Source of the DNA: Oikopleura dioica
Taxonomy: Eukaryota; Animalia; Chordata
Assembly (NCBI GenBank): GCA_907165135.1
Contig: OU015568.1
Location: 744,001 to 808,000, forward strand
Direction: 5' to 3'
Length of the DNA stretch: 64,000 nucleotides
In this document: one piece after another, positions 33,801 to 48,800 of the stretch
Layout: each line of letters begins with the position of its first letter
How positions within the stretch are numbered: the first letter of the stretch is position 1
Made by a program: the position numbers and the translations under genes
The notes under the pieces: model-generated
Database searches by the model: none
Told to the model about the DNA's origin: nothing
The model's input: the letters and a program-made list of their open reading frames with translations, nothing else

Positions 33801-36800
33801 GTCGATTTGCCGCCTCCATCCGTGACAAGAACCGTCATCTAAAAGATCTCATGAAAACTGAAAATTTCGAAACGAAAAATTGGGAAACGCCTTGAGATGA
33901 GCAGCGAATCCGATCAAGCGAGCGTGGAGTTTATTTCGAAAAAGAGAGTTTTGGACACGATCAGAGAAGTCTTAAGGGAGGGGCAGGCGATAAATGGGAA
34001 ATTGGAAAAGACAGTGTTGGGTTTACTAAAAACTTTGGCTTCATTGGTAAATGAATCATTATGTTTTCAAAATTGAAGAATTGGGTCAATATTTAACCCA
34101 AATGCCTGTCAAATAATTTGAATCTATAAGGGACTTGAATTCTTAAAATTGTTGAAGTGTCATTTTTACTGCTGTTTTTGCTGCAATAATTCGATTTCAT
34201 TATTATTTTTTATTTCGCTTTCTCAAAAGATTTCTCAGGACGTCTTTATAGAAACCATAAAAAAATCTGAGTTTTTGCCACATGCCGATTTTTTCATTAG
34301 ATAAATGCTGAAAATAAATTCCTAGCTTCGCTTGAATTTCCATATTTCGCGCGAAGCGGTTTCGCCTTAATTTTGTCCTTAACTAAGCTTGATAAAAAAC
34401 TACATCATCGAAAAACCTCGTTCCTCAGAAAGAGAACTCCAGGTTAAACTCAAGTGGAGAGGGAGTGAGGTAAATCGTTGCTCAAAGACGGGTCCCGCTC
34501 GAGCCCCACTCTTGAAGATATCGCCAAATCAAAATACGAAAGTGAAATGTCTCCTCTTCACGGAAACGGACGCATAGCTACTCCTTCTATTAATTAGACC
34601 CTCCACTTTTTCCAAAAAGACTGACAGCTTTCGCCAAATTCTAGTGTCCCAGATTTATAAAGAAGATTCTACATGCAAAAAAGCGCCTGAGTTCGACAAC
34701 CTTAGTCAGGTTCTGAAAACATTTTACGAAAAGCCGCGTAGCGCTTTTAATGAAGCCGCGAAGCGGCTTTGCAAGTATTTTGAAATAGATCTAAATCATA
34801 ATTTTGGAAGCCGCTTCGCGGCTTCTTTATAGAAAAAGCCGCTACGCGGCTTCTCAGAACCTGACTCAGGTTTTCATAACAGTTTGCCGATCACAGGCGG
34901 TTTTCTTGCATGTAGCATTTTTTCTTTATAAATTTGTTCCTAGAAAGGTCGATTTTCTCGGGGCTCGTTTCTGCCCCCGCAAAAGCGCAATTAGAGGCTG
35001 TCGAGCAATTTGTGTTGTGTGAGTGTTGAGATATTTCAAATTTTCCGGAGGTGTTGTTTTGCGCACGTTTTCTAGCGCAACAGTTACGAAAGAAAGAATG
35101 CCCAGACCCGTGCGTGAAATCAGACTAGCCCCTTCATTTTCCTCTAAATTCACAGCTCACCCGCCAACTTGCCAATTTGGGGACTAAATAGATTTTACGC
35201 AGCGCGAAAATTTAAGGAGCACTTCTCAATGAGTGAATCAGACTTGACTCTAACTCCGGATAGAAAAAGAGTCAGTAACTGCTCAATTAAAATCACAAAG
35301 AAAAATACTATTCTTCAATCGAGAAGCCGCTTGCGGCTTTGAGTGAAAAACGACCATAGACGCCCGAAGCCCGGCTTTTCGCAGAAAGCCGCAATCTTCG
35401 TAAAAGGAAAGAAAAATTCTTTGTACGAAAAAGAAGGATTTCGAAAAGACGCGCTTCTTTCGACTTCGAATCTTTTTGACTCGAAGGCGCAAGCAGCTTC
35501 TCGATTTTCTTCATACAAAGAATTTTTTCTTCTCTTTATGAAGATTGCGGCTTTTCTGAAAAAGCCGCGCTACGCGCGTTTTTGATCATTTTTCGCTCAA
35601 AGCCGCAAGCGGCTTCTCGATTTATGAAGCCCGTTTTTAGTGACGAGTGAAAGCAGAACTACGTCATTTTTCTCTTACACCCCAAAACTCGAAAATCTCC
35701 ATGCTCCCAAATGATGTCGATCACGTTCCGCGGTCTTCATCCTTTTTAAAACTGCGCAACTTACATTGTATTCCTTTTTCGTTTCATAGTCCAGCTCATC
35801 TTTCACAAATATTTCTCCACTTTCCGCGTCGATTCCAAATTGTTTTTCTTCAACATCAAGTTGGTAGCTGAGTTTTCCAAAGAGAAAAGGGTCGTCTTTG
35901 TCGGTTGCGAGGATTTTTCCAACGACAGTGCCGATTTTTGCGTCTTCTGGGATCGAGAATCGGACTGAATCTGATCGAAGAAGCGGGGAGTTGTCGTTTT
36001 TGTCAGAAATTTTGATCGTTTTCTTTTCAGAAGAGCACCTTAAAGACTTTTTATTAAAGATGAAAAACAAGTAATTTAAGGGTGTAGACAGCGCTTTTGA
36101 AATTTCCGGAGTTCAATCTTTCTGACACCCTTATTCTCGATCATTTTTTGAAAATAAGGGTGTCACTAAGTTAACTTGATGATTGTTTAAAAATGAGATA
36201 AGACAGGGATACCCTTATTTTTGCCTCTTTTCTTTGAATTTTTAAAAATTGCATTTTTCGTTGACTCATTTAGGGCCCCTTATCTCATTACAAAAAAAGT
36301 GTCTCCAAATCCGCCCTTGCGCAATAAGCACCCCCAATTTGCGGTCAATTTCTAAATGAATTAGTTTTCTTCGCTTTCCGCCCGTTCGGAAACAATTTCG
36401 AAGAGGCCGAACATCAGAAACTCGTAACACGTTACGCTGACGATAAAACCACAATTTCCAATTGTTATCGTCTCTCGAAACCGCTTTGTTTTGCGAAAAA
36501 TCGTAAGACAAAAATTTTCGTCAATTTTCAAAATTTTAAAATTTCAGCATTTTCTTGAGCACTTAAAAATTGTAAAAAAAAAAAGGAAAAATGACGAGAA
36601 TTGTGTACTTTTTGGAATCTATGAAATATTGCCGAGTTCGCTACGTAATATCTTCGGCGGACTCTTACGACTTAGGAGTCTAAACACGCGACTCAGGAGC
36701 GAACTAACGACGCTAGAAATTTCCCAGCAAGCTCACGAAATTCCGAAGTTTTTTAGTTCATCCCTTTCGAAGGGCTGAATTACGTGGCATTTTTTAAATT

Positions 36801-39800
36801 TTACTGAAATTTAACTATCAATTATTTTCTAATTTAAAAATTTAGATGTTGACACCCTTATTATAATTAAAAAAATAAGATTTTTAAAAATACTATTTAA
36901 TAAAATTATCAAAGAGATACCCTTATTTTTGACTCATAAAAACAAAATTTATCAAAAAATATCAAAAATAAGGGTATCACCATCATAATTTTTAAAAAAT
37001 ATTTAAATAAAAAAATGGTTTCAAGAGATGATCATCTCGTCTAGTTGACTCAAAATATCAATTTTTGGCATGTTCGCACGTTCGGGCGAAGTTTTGATTT
37101 CTGGTCCTTTGGAAGTGCGGCTGCCAGCGAGCCGATCACTTCTAACAGGCGACTGTCTTCAAATGAAACTATCGCAACACTTTATCCAAAACAATTGTTC
37201 TAAACGCGCGCCTGGGCTTTTCTTCTCGCAAAAAATTTTGACGGGCCGTATTTCAAATAGATTTTCTTCCAACATTTCTTATCGAACTAATAAAGTTCTG
37301 GCGTAATCTGCAAAGGATGGAGATGCGAAATAAGGGCGTCTCCTTCTTCAACGATCGGGGGGTTAAATTAACACTTGATCGGAGCGATTGTGCGCGAGGC
37401 GATTAGACCGCCCCATCATCCAGAATTTCGCCCTTTTCCAAAATGCCTATTACCAGAAATTCCGAAGTCAGTTTGCGACACAAGTGCACGTTGTCCCCTT
37501 AATCAGCGGCCCTATCGTAAATTTCAAATTTACAAACAGGAATTACTTCTCTTTGAGTAATTCCTGTTTGTTTCTATTTAAACAGCAAACTTTTTCGATT
37601 CAAGATAGTGACACCCTTATTTTCTCCGTCGAAAAAATGCATGAAAACTTAAAATTAAACGTGTCATGATGTTATTCCGGTTAAAAAAGGCAATCGAATT
37701 AATATGAGTGACTCCCTTATTTGATCGAAGGCAAAATCTGAAATAAGGGTGTCGCTTCACAATTTTTATGAAGAAAAATTGAAACAGGGCCTCTAAAGTG
37801 AGGAACTCGAAGAAAATGATGAGTGGTAAGTTTTACAGTATTTGCGAAAATCGGCAAAAAGGGGCACTTCCCGATTTCGATTTTTGGCCGCTAAGGCGCC
37901 CAGATCCCCGACTGATCCAAATTAACTTGCCGGATTAGGACATTCTCCGCTTTCGCCAATTTGAACTCTACTCCCGTATCTTCCCTTCCCGTGAGGAGTA
38001 CTGTACCTTTGAGGCTTTCCACCGTCGCAAGCAGTAATCTCGACATTGTAGCGATCCTGAATTTCGCGGTCGAAAGTCATCTTCGATTCCAATATAAACT
38101 CGTTGTCGCTTTCGCGCCGAATGTGAAAATAATTGCTTTTCGAGCGGTTCAACACATGTCTAATTTTGGAAATAAAAAGTCTGAGAGCCAAAAATAAATT
38201 ATTTCGGAAATAAATTTAAAGCTAAAATTATAATTGCTGAAGCGTTTATTTCGCTTTCGCTTCTGAGTTTGAACCGGTCCTAGGTTTCAGATCAATGTCG
38301 ATCGCAGAGTTGATTTCGCCGTCCAGGTCAGATACAGTAACGAAGGCGACGAAAGAGCCAGGTTTTTGTTTTCAGCCAACAGGATTGATCCTTGAAATTT
38401 ATTTTAAAAATTAAAGAAAACAGTCGATTTTCGCCAAAAGAGTTTTGACTCGAAACTTTTGAGTCAAAACTTTTGACCGAATCTTGGCTCCAAAACCTGT
38501 GTTGAAAACCTGAGTCAGGATTTGAAAGACCTTTGGCATGATTCTTTTCAATTGTCTTTTAAATCCTGACACAGGTTTTCAACACAGGTTTCAGAGCTCA
38601 GCAAATAGCTATGAGAAGTTTTTATCGTATCATCTTTTTAATCCCTATAATTTCAATAAGCTCCTCTTTTTCAACAAAAGACAAAATGAGCTGAAACAAG
38701 CTCTAACAAGAGAGAAGCAGCATCTTTCTCAAGGCAATTACGGCGGTGTCGAAAATCCGCCAAACGACCCACCAAACGAGCATTTGTTTTGAAACGAGCT
38801 CATCGGCTTCCATTATGAGTTGCTTCTATACGTGAGATACGAAGCTTTCAAAACTGTAATTTCAGATTTTGTAGATTTTTTCGGACTTATCAAGTTTTTC
38901 TGGAGTAAATCAGACTTTCGACCGGATAAATTTGAGAGCTTAAAAGTGCTACGGAAAAAATTTCGAAAAGATTGAAAATTGAGCGTCCAAATTTGTTCCT
39001 AAAAATCGCAAAACACTTTAAATATTTATGCTTGCTTCGCAGCGGGATACTCGACGCTTATCAAGTGTCGCGCAGCTCGTAAGTGGCGTTAATTCAAGCT
39101 TCTAATCTCTGGCTCTTTTCATTATTTTTCGTGTTCACTGCTACTAGTCGTACACACAGGCTCTTATCCTTTAACCTCTTTTGACAGGATAAAAACGTGA
39201 CGAAAAGTCAAAAATCTACTTTTTTCGAGGACTATTTGAATCTGTCAAAAAACGAGAAGCCACTTGCGGCTAGGATCGGCAAGCTGTGTAGAGAGCCTGA
39301 GTCAGGTTTTTAAAAGCTTAAATGAAAAGCCGCGTAGCGGCTTTTTTAATACACGAAGGCGCAAAGCGGCTTCGCCAATAATTTGAAACATGCAAGAGCC
39401 TTGTCACAGGACTGATTGTGTTGCGAAGCCGCTTCGCGGCTTTGTTTTTGAAAAAGCCGCTACGCGGCTTTTAATCTTAGCCCCCTAGAACTTGCCTAAG
39501 GTTTTCAACACAGGTTGCCGAGCGAGTAGAAAAAGCCGCAAAAGCCGCGACTCTCAACTCTTTCGAGCCAAAAGCTGCGAGAAGCGTCTACTTGATAAAA
39601 TAAGGGTATCACTACGTTATCTTTCTTCAAAGCAAAAATTCCCCTTATTCTTGTTATTTTCAATATTGCCACTGTATCTTCCTCCGCAGGGGCATTTCTA
39701 GTGCCTCATTATTCGGAAATTACACGACCACGAAAATAAATGCCGACCACGATCGAAATGCGCCAAAAGAACATTTCAGTCGAGATCGCGAGGTCGAAAT

Positions 39801-42800
39801 TATATTCCTCTCGTGGTCGTCTTTTTCGCGAAATAGAAATTCCTCAATCGCCATTTTTCAAATTTTTTGGGAAGAAAATTACACTCATTAAGAGGAGGGT
39901 TTACGTAATGGGTTACTACAGCTTGTTTGTTTGCAAGAATGCTAGAATAATTAAAAAGACGCGTTAGGTACAACTGGCTCTAGAAAACGCCCAGTTCATA
40001 CAGGAAAATAAAGCGGCAGTTTATTTGGCAAACTTGAATATTTTCCGTAGAGCGTCAGATTCGCATGAAAATAATTCGCTGGAGAATTAAGCGTTGCTTG
40101 ATTTAATCAAGTTGACAGAAAAATACTCAATTTACGGATTCCCAAAGTTGTTGACGGAACAAAGTAAAAACCCTATTTTGGCAAAAACATTGCGGAAATG
40201 GGATAATAATGAGAGTTTGAAAAAACTTAGACATCGGGGCTTATTTATTGAATTTGAAACAGTTTTATTTCAAAGAGCGGGTAAATAGGTAAATATTTTA
40301 GTTTCTGCTGGTTTAAATTGTTAATTTGGCGAGAAAAAACGATTATTATGAGCTCGAACTTTGAAAAATTCCGCTTTCTTGAAGAATCTTTTCCTCTTTC
40401 GGTTTAAAACAGCTGTTCGATTTAAAATTTTTATGATGTCGGAAATGATTAAGAAAAAGGGTTTTTGATGCGTAATTAGTTGATTATCGGCAGCTGGATA
40501 CCGGTATAAAACAGCTTCTGGAAAAAATTTTATCACCATTTTAAAAATGAATCGACAATGAAGAACAAATGATGATAAATTGCTCTTTTGAGCGGTTTAC
40601 TATAATTTTTCTTTATAGTTTTTATTAGACAAGAAATCATCGAATATATCATCGAATATCGAAATCACGATACTTTACTGCTACTTTTCTTAATAATTTT
40701 CCATTTTCGATGAATAAAATAATCTTCGTCACTTATTTCAAAATTTTGTACATTTATTCAATTCTAGTTGAAAGTCAATCGAGTTTTTTCCACCTCAAAA
40801 AGTTGCCCTTCTCCTGAAAGTTTTAGGCTGAAACTAGCACAAAGTATCTGAATCAATGATAAAACGGTACTTATTCCGAGTCAACAAGCAGCCAACTACT
40901 GAACCTCTCCAGTTGAAGCGCGAAAAAGAGAGGTTTGGTACTTGGGTGATTATTGGATTGGTGGAGAGTTATAGAGTGAATTGTTGTGCCACTTCAAGTG
41001 CCCAGTACAGCACACACACTCGAGGGTGCTCAAAGACGTATTCATCAAATAGCACAATTAGCAGCCCCTTATGAAACAAAAACCAAAATAGCACGAACTT
41101 ATTCTGGAAGAAAAAGAAAACTAATGAACCTGGCGCCTCCCGGGTGGAGCCAGTTTTATTCAAAAGTAATGAAAAAATATGAAAAAAAAGACTTGTCTTT
41201 CATACATAGGCTCAGAAACCTGTGTTGAAAACCTGAGTCAGGGTCCTGAAAAGAGCTCAAATTAATAGCCGCAGCGCGGCTTTAGTTTTAAATGAAGCCG
41301 CAAAGCGGCTTCGCCAAAATAGAAAAGACTTTTTCAGGACCCTGACTCAGGCTTTTTACTCAGGTTTTGCACCTTTTTTCTGTTTCTTTTTTGCGAAAAT
41401 TTCGGCAAATTTAGGGAAGAAAAAAACGTGTGGCCACTTGAGTATAAAATTACTAAAGTCTAATGGGGGGCGCGATAAGGCGTTTTTAAATCTCCCGCTG
41501 AGTAGCAGATGAATTTTCTTATCGGTTACGAAAGTACTCACCGTCTTCCGCGAGTCCGTTGATTGGCATCACTGACACTTGTGGCGCGTGGTCGTTCAGG
41601 TCCAGAATTGAGACCTCGACGGTCGCGTAGCCGGATCGGGAGGGGTTGCCCAAGTCGCGGGCTTCGACCCGAATTCGAACGCTAGAATTTTTAGTTATTC
41701 TTTTTTTTATTTTTTTCCGGAAATCCCTGAAATTAAAAACATGTGTTTATGGTCCTTACTAAACGATCTTTTCCTGTTTTTCCAGCAACAAATTACCCCC
41801 TTTGATTCACTTGATATTTCTATATTATGCCCGGAATACTTAAGAAAAGCGCCCCGAATTTATATTCAAACAATCGAAACAACGCATTCGTTCGATTTGT
41901 TAATTGAGGAAGTTGGCTTACGCCCCGCCAGAAGCAACAAATTGGCCACTTATGGGATCATCCCTGGCGTTTTTCGCTGGTCACGATGAAATTTACCGCG
42001 ATTTTTTCTTTTCTTGACCGTTTCCACTCGGAAAAGACAGGTTAATTTGAGGATTGAATCGATTTCTGTCATTCGAAATTTGAAAATGAAATGTAAAAAA
42101 TACAAGCCGCCCCGTGTAGTACAACTTCCGGTTCTGACTCTTTGCTGAAAGCCGAAATTATGGAAATGATTGGGCGAGAACGCTCAGCTATTAACTAACA
42201 TGGGAAAAAACGAAGCTCTAAAATGATGCGGAATTTCCTGAAGAGCCGATTTTCTTTTTGCCCGTCAACGTGACTTTTTATCGAAGAGTTTTGATAATGA
42301 CTTTGATAAATGAATGAGAGAGTTGTCAGAAAAAGCTCAAGAAAATGGTTTTTCTTTGGCTTTTGTCTTAAGGAAACACATGTTCTTCTCTTTGTTGATT
42401 TTCTATGGCACTTTTCGCAAGGAAAAAATTTGAACTTGGTTAATAATTTAACCATTTCTTGAACCTCAAGGTCCCACAAGCGGCTTTTCTATATTCAATC
42501 ATGTGCGGCTTCTATATCTCCAAGAATAAATGACTAGTGTGGTAGTGTGGCCAAAATTGAGCGATTTGGAAGGATTGAAGAGTTGATTTTTGGAAGAGCT
42601 TTTGTTAGCTCTAGAATTCCGGGGTTTGGTTTTGAAATAGAAGCTAAAGCGGGTCGCTCACCCTCGTCCGTTTCCAGTTCACTTTCAAACTTGTGGTCGC
42701 GCCGACAAGTGGAGCGGATGAAATTTCGGGATTAAGTACCGACTGGGAAACTTTTCCCTCGCCTTAGTTTTTAGAGCTTGATTGATCTTTGGCCAATTTA

Positions 42801-45800
42801 CGGTTTCGAGAATATTTCCCCCTTTTCCGGAAATGTACACAAGCGACTAGGCACATCCCTTCTGCGCCATTTGAATGTCAGGCGAAATGGTAAATCGGCT
42901 CAAGATTCAGCTCATTTACCATGAAATTGGAAGCAATTTCGATTTTTTGCTTATTTTGTTACATTTATGTTTAGACCAGAGTTAGAAATGTAGTAGGGTA
43001 GTAACGTAGTAATGTAGTAAATTACTACATTTTACTACATCAAGTGGTAGTAATGGTAGTATGTAGTAGCATTCTCAGAAGTATGTAGTAATGTAGTAAT
43101 ACTACATTACTACATGCAGTTCTAGAGATAAATTTATTTTGGGAAACTAGCCATTTTTCGCTTTATTCTTTCCAAAAGAGTTGTCTAATTTTTTTCTTAC
43201 GTTATCTATGTCTCTTTTCTTTATTAAAAAATGTAATGGTAGTATGTAGTAGCCGTTTTTGGAAACCGAGGTAGTAATGTAGTAATGTAGTAGAGGTATT
43301 ATTGAGCGCTGTATTCTGGTGGTAGTAATGGTAGTATGTAGTAGCAAAATGTTACTACATTTCCAACCTGGTTTAGACTTCTCGAAAATTTAGGCTTGGA
43401 AACCTGAGTTGGAAACCTGAGTCAGGGCTCTGATAGAGTCTTGAACCTGCGTAGCGGCTATTTTCTAGAGAAACCGAAAAGAAATGCATAAAAACAGATT
43501 CTGGCTTTTATCAAAGCTTCAGGACCCTGAGTCAGGTTTTCTACACAGGATTCTCAGCCCAGTGTAGAAAAAGGGGCTTCTATGTCTTTTACCTTTTGGT
43601 CGTTTCCCGATCAATTGCTCCAGTCGTCGAAATCACCCCAGTTTTCGGCTCCATTTGAAACTTCCCGACTGCCGTTTTCGGATCAACACTTTCAATCTCG
43701 TATCGAATTTCTCCATTCAGCCCGTTGTCCAAATCATCCGCACTGACTTTGTAGACGAATGTTCCTGCGGGCGCGTTTTCAACGACGCTGGCGGAGAAAA
43801 CGTCTTGGTCGAATTTGGGCGAATTGTCGTTGCTGTCTTGGATGTTGATAACGAGTTTCGTTGAGCCTTCTCGTCCCCCGCCGTCGGTGGCGATAACGGA
43901 TCCCTCCCAGCGCGGGGCTAGTTCGCGATCGAGCTTTTTTAGGACCTAGGAAATTGATGAGGTGAGGGTTGGGGTCAAAAAGCTGTCCAAGAATCAAGAA
44001 AAAAACGCAAAATAAAGAAGTTAGAAAGTAACTCATATCTTATTATTCGCCATTCTTTTCTATTATCTTTGAAGGGAACCCGCGGTAAAAAGTGCTCAAT
44101 GTTCAATTTTTAAGTTTAATCGTCGCAATTCAAAAATTCATCTTGAACAAGCGCTCCAACACCTGCATCTGAATTTTTAAAAGCGCGCTGACTGTTTTTG
44201 TGGCTCTTTTTGCGAACTTGATATTTCTCTGCATTTTTGTCTGCTAGACAAGTATTTTCGGATGCCGAAATCTTACCTTCAAGAAAGGCCTTCCATTTTG
44301 GACTTGAATATCGAATGTTCCGGGCGGGACGATACTGTAGCTGACTGCCGCAAATTCTCCGATATCAGCGTCCTTGGCGATCAAGTCGGAAACTTCGAAT
44401 TCTTCTCCGATTCCGAGGGCTTCTGGAATTTCTAGAGAGACGAGATTCGAGCGGAAAACGGGCGAGTTGTCGTTGACATCAGTGATTTCGATCGAAAGGA
44501 TGATTTTTCGTAGACTTCTTGCGGCATTACTGCGATCTTAAATACCAAAGTAAAACCTTATTATCTGGAATCATTGAAAATTTCAATTAAGAAGAGCTTT
44601 TACTTTTGAAAAAGTAACTTCTGAGGAACGAGAAGTTGTTGATAATCAGAGTAAATATGTATTCTCAAAATCCAGCAAGAGACGGAAAAAGTCCGAATTC
44701 TAAAAATTGATACATAGTTATGGTTTTCAATTTCTTTCGATTTTTAATTCTTTAACTTGGCGCTCGATAAATATCGCTGTTTTTCTTTCCCACTAGTTTT
44801 TGATTCAAATCATCAACAAAGTCAAAATCCCCTATTGAAAAATTGAGAAAGACCTACAAATTGAAGGCAACAATTTTCCAAATTTTCCTTGCCCACAGTG
44901 CTCCTTACGATAAGCCTGGATCATCGCATCGTTATCTCGCCCTGAGCCACTTCCCTGGCCAAGTAATGGCTATAAAATTATATCGTAACGAGCCTGTTAT
45001 CACGCGAAAAACTTTCCGATCCTGGATCCGTTAGAATGTCGACTTTCCAAAAATCGTGTAAAAAGCTTCTTCAACTTACGTTTATCGAAAAAAGAAAAAA
45101 GAAAGTCATCAATACAACATCATCAAAAATTCAATAAAACAAAGTCATATCATCAATAAAAATCACCAATAAACAGAATCCAGTTCAATCAAAGACGCAT
45201 CTAAATATTGGTGATGCAACAAGTCAGATGCGTCTAACGAGTTAGGCGTAAGCGATAATTTATTTAGATAACTCGTGTCCACCCTGGACTGCCAAATCTG
45301 ACGGCGCGGTGAATTTGCGGGCTGGGCCAGCTCTTGTCCTTTTAATATAAATCACTGTTTTCTGCTTCTGGGTTGACCAGCACTCAATAACCTAATTCAA
45401 CCGGCTTTTAAAGGTCGAAGTTAACCCTAACGGCAAGTGTTTAGGGTTAGGCTCTAGGGCAAAAGATGTGGCTGGGCGTTTCTGATTGGATAAGTAGTGT
45501 TTGTCCATTAGGGATTGGGTGATGGAAACAAATATCGGCCTCTTATTGGCTGAGAGAACCATTACCCCAGATTTTTGGACACAGTTAGGGCCCCCTTCCT
45601 ACCACCCACCCTAGGACCTAAACAATAGTCAGGATAGGGTGAGCTTAAGGACCCCGTCAGCTTTTTCGAAAAATCAAAGCTCGGAATTTTAAAATTTTGA
45701 CCCCGGAAATGGATTTTACGAGTCGAAAAATGATTATGAGGCTTCATTTTTTGGGGGTCTATCTCGTCTCCTTCACCCTCAAAATCGCGTTTGAAAATTG

Positions 45801-48800
45801 GACTTTTCGCCAAAAATTGACGAATTTGCCTGAATTTTGGCGATAATATTGTTTTTTCTTGGTCAAAAAGTCCTCTTATAAAGATTTTGAAGCAAGTTTA
45901 ACCAGAGGACGCATTAAGAACCAAAAATATGGTGTTTTTAAAAATTTCCATTTTTCAAAGGAAAGAGCTGACGGGGGGTCCTTAACCCTTCAAAAACCAT
46001 CTTTTGAGTGCTTTGAGTGGTTAAGTTTGTCCATATGATTATGGCTCCCTATTAAATTGAGTAAATAGTTAGACTAATTTCTAGCTTCTAACTTGTTCTA
46101 GAGCGTGAGCTCCGATAACAGCTCATATTTTTATTCTGCGTTTTGAGTCGACCGCGGCCAATTTCATCCAAATTGTTTTCCCACTTGCGGCGGCGATCAT
46201 TGTATTTTTCTACTCGGGAAACTTGAGAAGAACCACCCCTAATCTAATAAACCGCGTATCAGTAGATACAGCATGCGCGCTACGGCTCTAGTTGATGGAG
46301 TGAGCAAGAGTTGTTTAGGCGCCTTATCGCGGTGAGTATTATTTTATGCTCGCGAGCTGTCAAAGACAGCGGCGGATCAACGCACACCAGCACAGGTGGA
46401 TGATATTTTTCCTGGAGCTTCGATAACTTTATGAAATAAGGGCTACTGGAAAGAAAACCTGAATGGAGCATTCATTCACTAGCGATAATGAAAATCGTTC
46501 TCAGAATTGAATCAGGGTCCTTTTGCCTGAAAATGAGGTTTCATGAAAAACTGAGTAGATAACCTGACTCAGGGCAAATTACAACTTAAATCTCCTTTTT
46601 TAATTAAGGGAAGCCGCTCCGCGGCTTCGTTTCTTAAAAAGCCGCGTAGCGGCTTTTCGCTTAAGATCTTTTAGACCCTGACTAAGGTTCTCAACATAGG
46701 ATTTTTCGTGAAAGCTCATTTTTGTGCGAAAAAAATGAGACAGGAAATGACCTCTTATCGCCATCGAAAAAATGTAGCAAATTGGCTGAGCCACTTATGC
46801 GTTACTTTATAAATATATTTCTCTCTCCTTTTAAAAAATATTCGTGCCAAGGAAATACGCTGCGGAAATTCTAACTGAGCATGTTCCGGAATTCCGTCCG
46901 GCCCTCGTGTTACCGCAGCCCAGAAAATGCCCCGTCGCCCGTGTTCTAACATAAATTGACTTTTGCTTACGTTATTCTGAATTTCGTTAACTGGCTGACT
47001 CTTCCGCAACGAAACATAATTACGTTTTGTTTTCGAGGTGGAGGATCGATCATGTTCTTTAAATAATTAAGGCGTTCGGAAAAATCAACCGGAAATTGAG
47101 TTTTTGACCATTTTGAGGATGGTCAAAAACCGTTTATTTTCTGAAGTAAGCCTAAAATTTCAATCATTTGAAAATTCAGAACAAAAAAGGCGCCGCGCTC
47201 AAAGCTTTTTCTAAACAGAAAAAGGCATATTCAGCTGTCAGGCTCGATTCCATCACGGATGCAATTGGCACCGCCCGTCAAAAATCGAATTTGGGCACGA
47301 TTGGGCACTTTGTACCGAGCGCGCTGATTTCTGACTTCTTGGATAATGCCACGCTCGAATAAATGACGTGATTTTTTCGCGCCGTTGAATTGGCTTTTCA
47401 TTTTTTTTTATTTGGATTTTGACTCGATAAAGGTCAATTAAAAAAATCCTTCCCGTGCATTTTCGGAGAGTCAGAAGCTTCTTATCAGCATCTTTTTTAT
47501 CTTATTTAATCTGTCGAAAATCCATAAGAGCCCCGATTTAATCTGGGCAGGAAAGACTCTGAAACAAACAAAACCATTCTCAACAGACAGGAGCAGCTCC
47601 TGTCCTTGAGAGCAAAAAAGATCGATAAGAGTGTTCCCTTCAAGAGTCCAATTTCCGCCTTTCGAGCCTCCGCATATTGCCATAGCAAAGATAAATCGAC
47701 TCGCAGCTTCCGTCGCACTTCCGAAAATCTTTTCATTTTTCATTAAATGAATTTCTAGCACTCCAAAATGTCGTTTCAATAAACAATACTCAAAAGAAGA
47801 ATACAAAGATCCGCAAATCTTTTTGAAAAAAAAATGTTTGATGAAGTGGGGATAACAATTAATTTCTTGTTTGAATGGAGGATAAGAATTAAGGGGACGA
47901 AGATCAATAATGTATCAATGCGACTTTGAGTCAGTAGGGCGCTTTTGATATGAATAAATTTAAAGTAGTTTCATTTATTAAAATAACAAAGCGAATCTGG
48001 CAAAAGATCAACCAAGATTATCTTTTTCAATGTAAAAATCTTCTGTCTCCTTAAAATAAGGGGTCCCCATTTCAACGAAAATCTTAATTTTAAAAGATTT
48101 TAAATTCCTCGAAAATTGCCGATTTAACGGATTTTCTAGCCAAAAGCCTTTTCCTAGCAATATTTCAGACGATCCGTTAAGATGGTGCCAACCTTAAAGG
48201 ATATTTAACTCGTTAATTAAAAATCTATTGAAGTTATTATTTTGTTAAGATGGAGAATCCCTTAGTTGATAGAGAAGCATGAAGAGGCAATTTTTGGTCA
48301 ATTTCGCTCGAAAAGGTTAATAAATTTGGATTATTGAAATGAGAATTTTTGTCTCTTGGAAAACTCCATTTTTCATTCATTTTAATTTTCCAAATCAAAT
48401 TCCCTGTTTTTAAACAAACGAAGTGAACAAGAATAAAAATGCTTGTCAACCGGAAATTCTAAATCGATCCGGAGCAAGGTGAAAAAGCAAAGTATTGCCG
48501 ATTATAAAAATACAAAATAGTTTTCGTTGTATCACTTTGTTTTGGGACAATAGCCCCTTTTTGTAAAAAATAAAGCCTGGGGATTATTGGGAGATCACAA
48601 AGAGAGAGACGCGGGGAAAGAAACGTATTTATAGCGAAAAGTAATTATAAATTGTTAATTGGGGTGAAAATATTGTTATTCAATTCTAATTTGGGAAAAT
48701 TGCTTTGTTATGAAATCTATCAAGACTAACCTTTTTTGCAAAAAAACGGTCTATTTTTCCCCATTTTGGCGAAAAAAATACCAAAAAATCAGTGAAAAAA

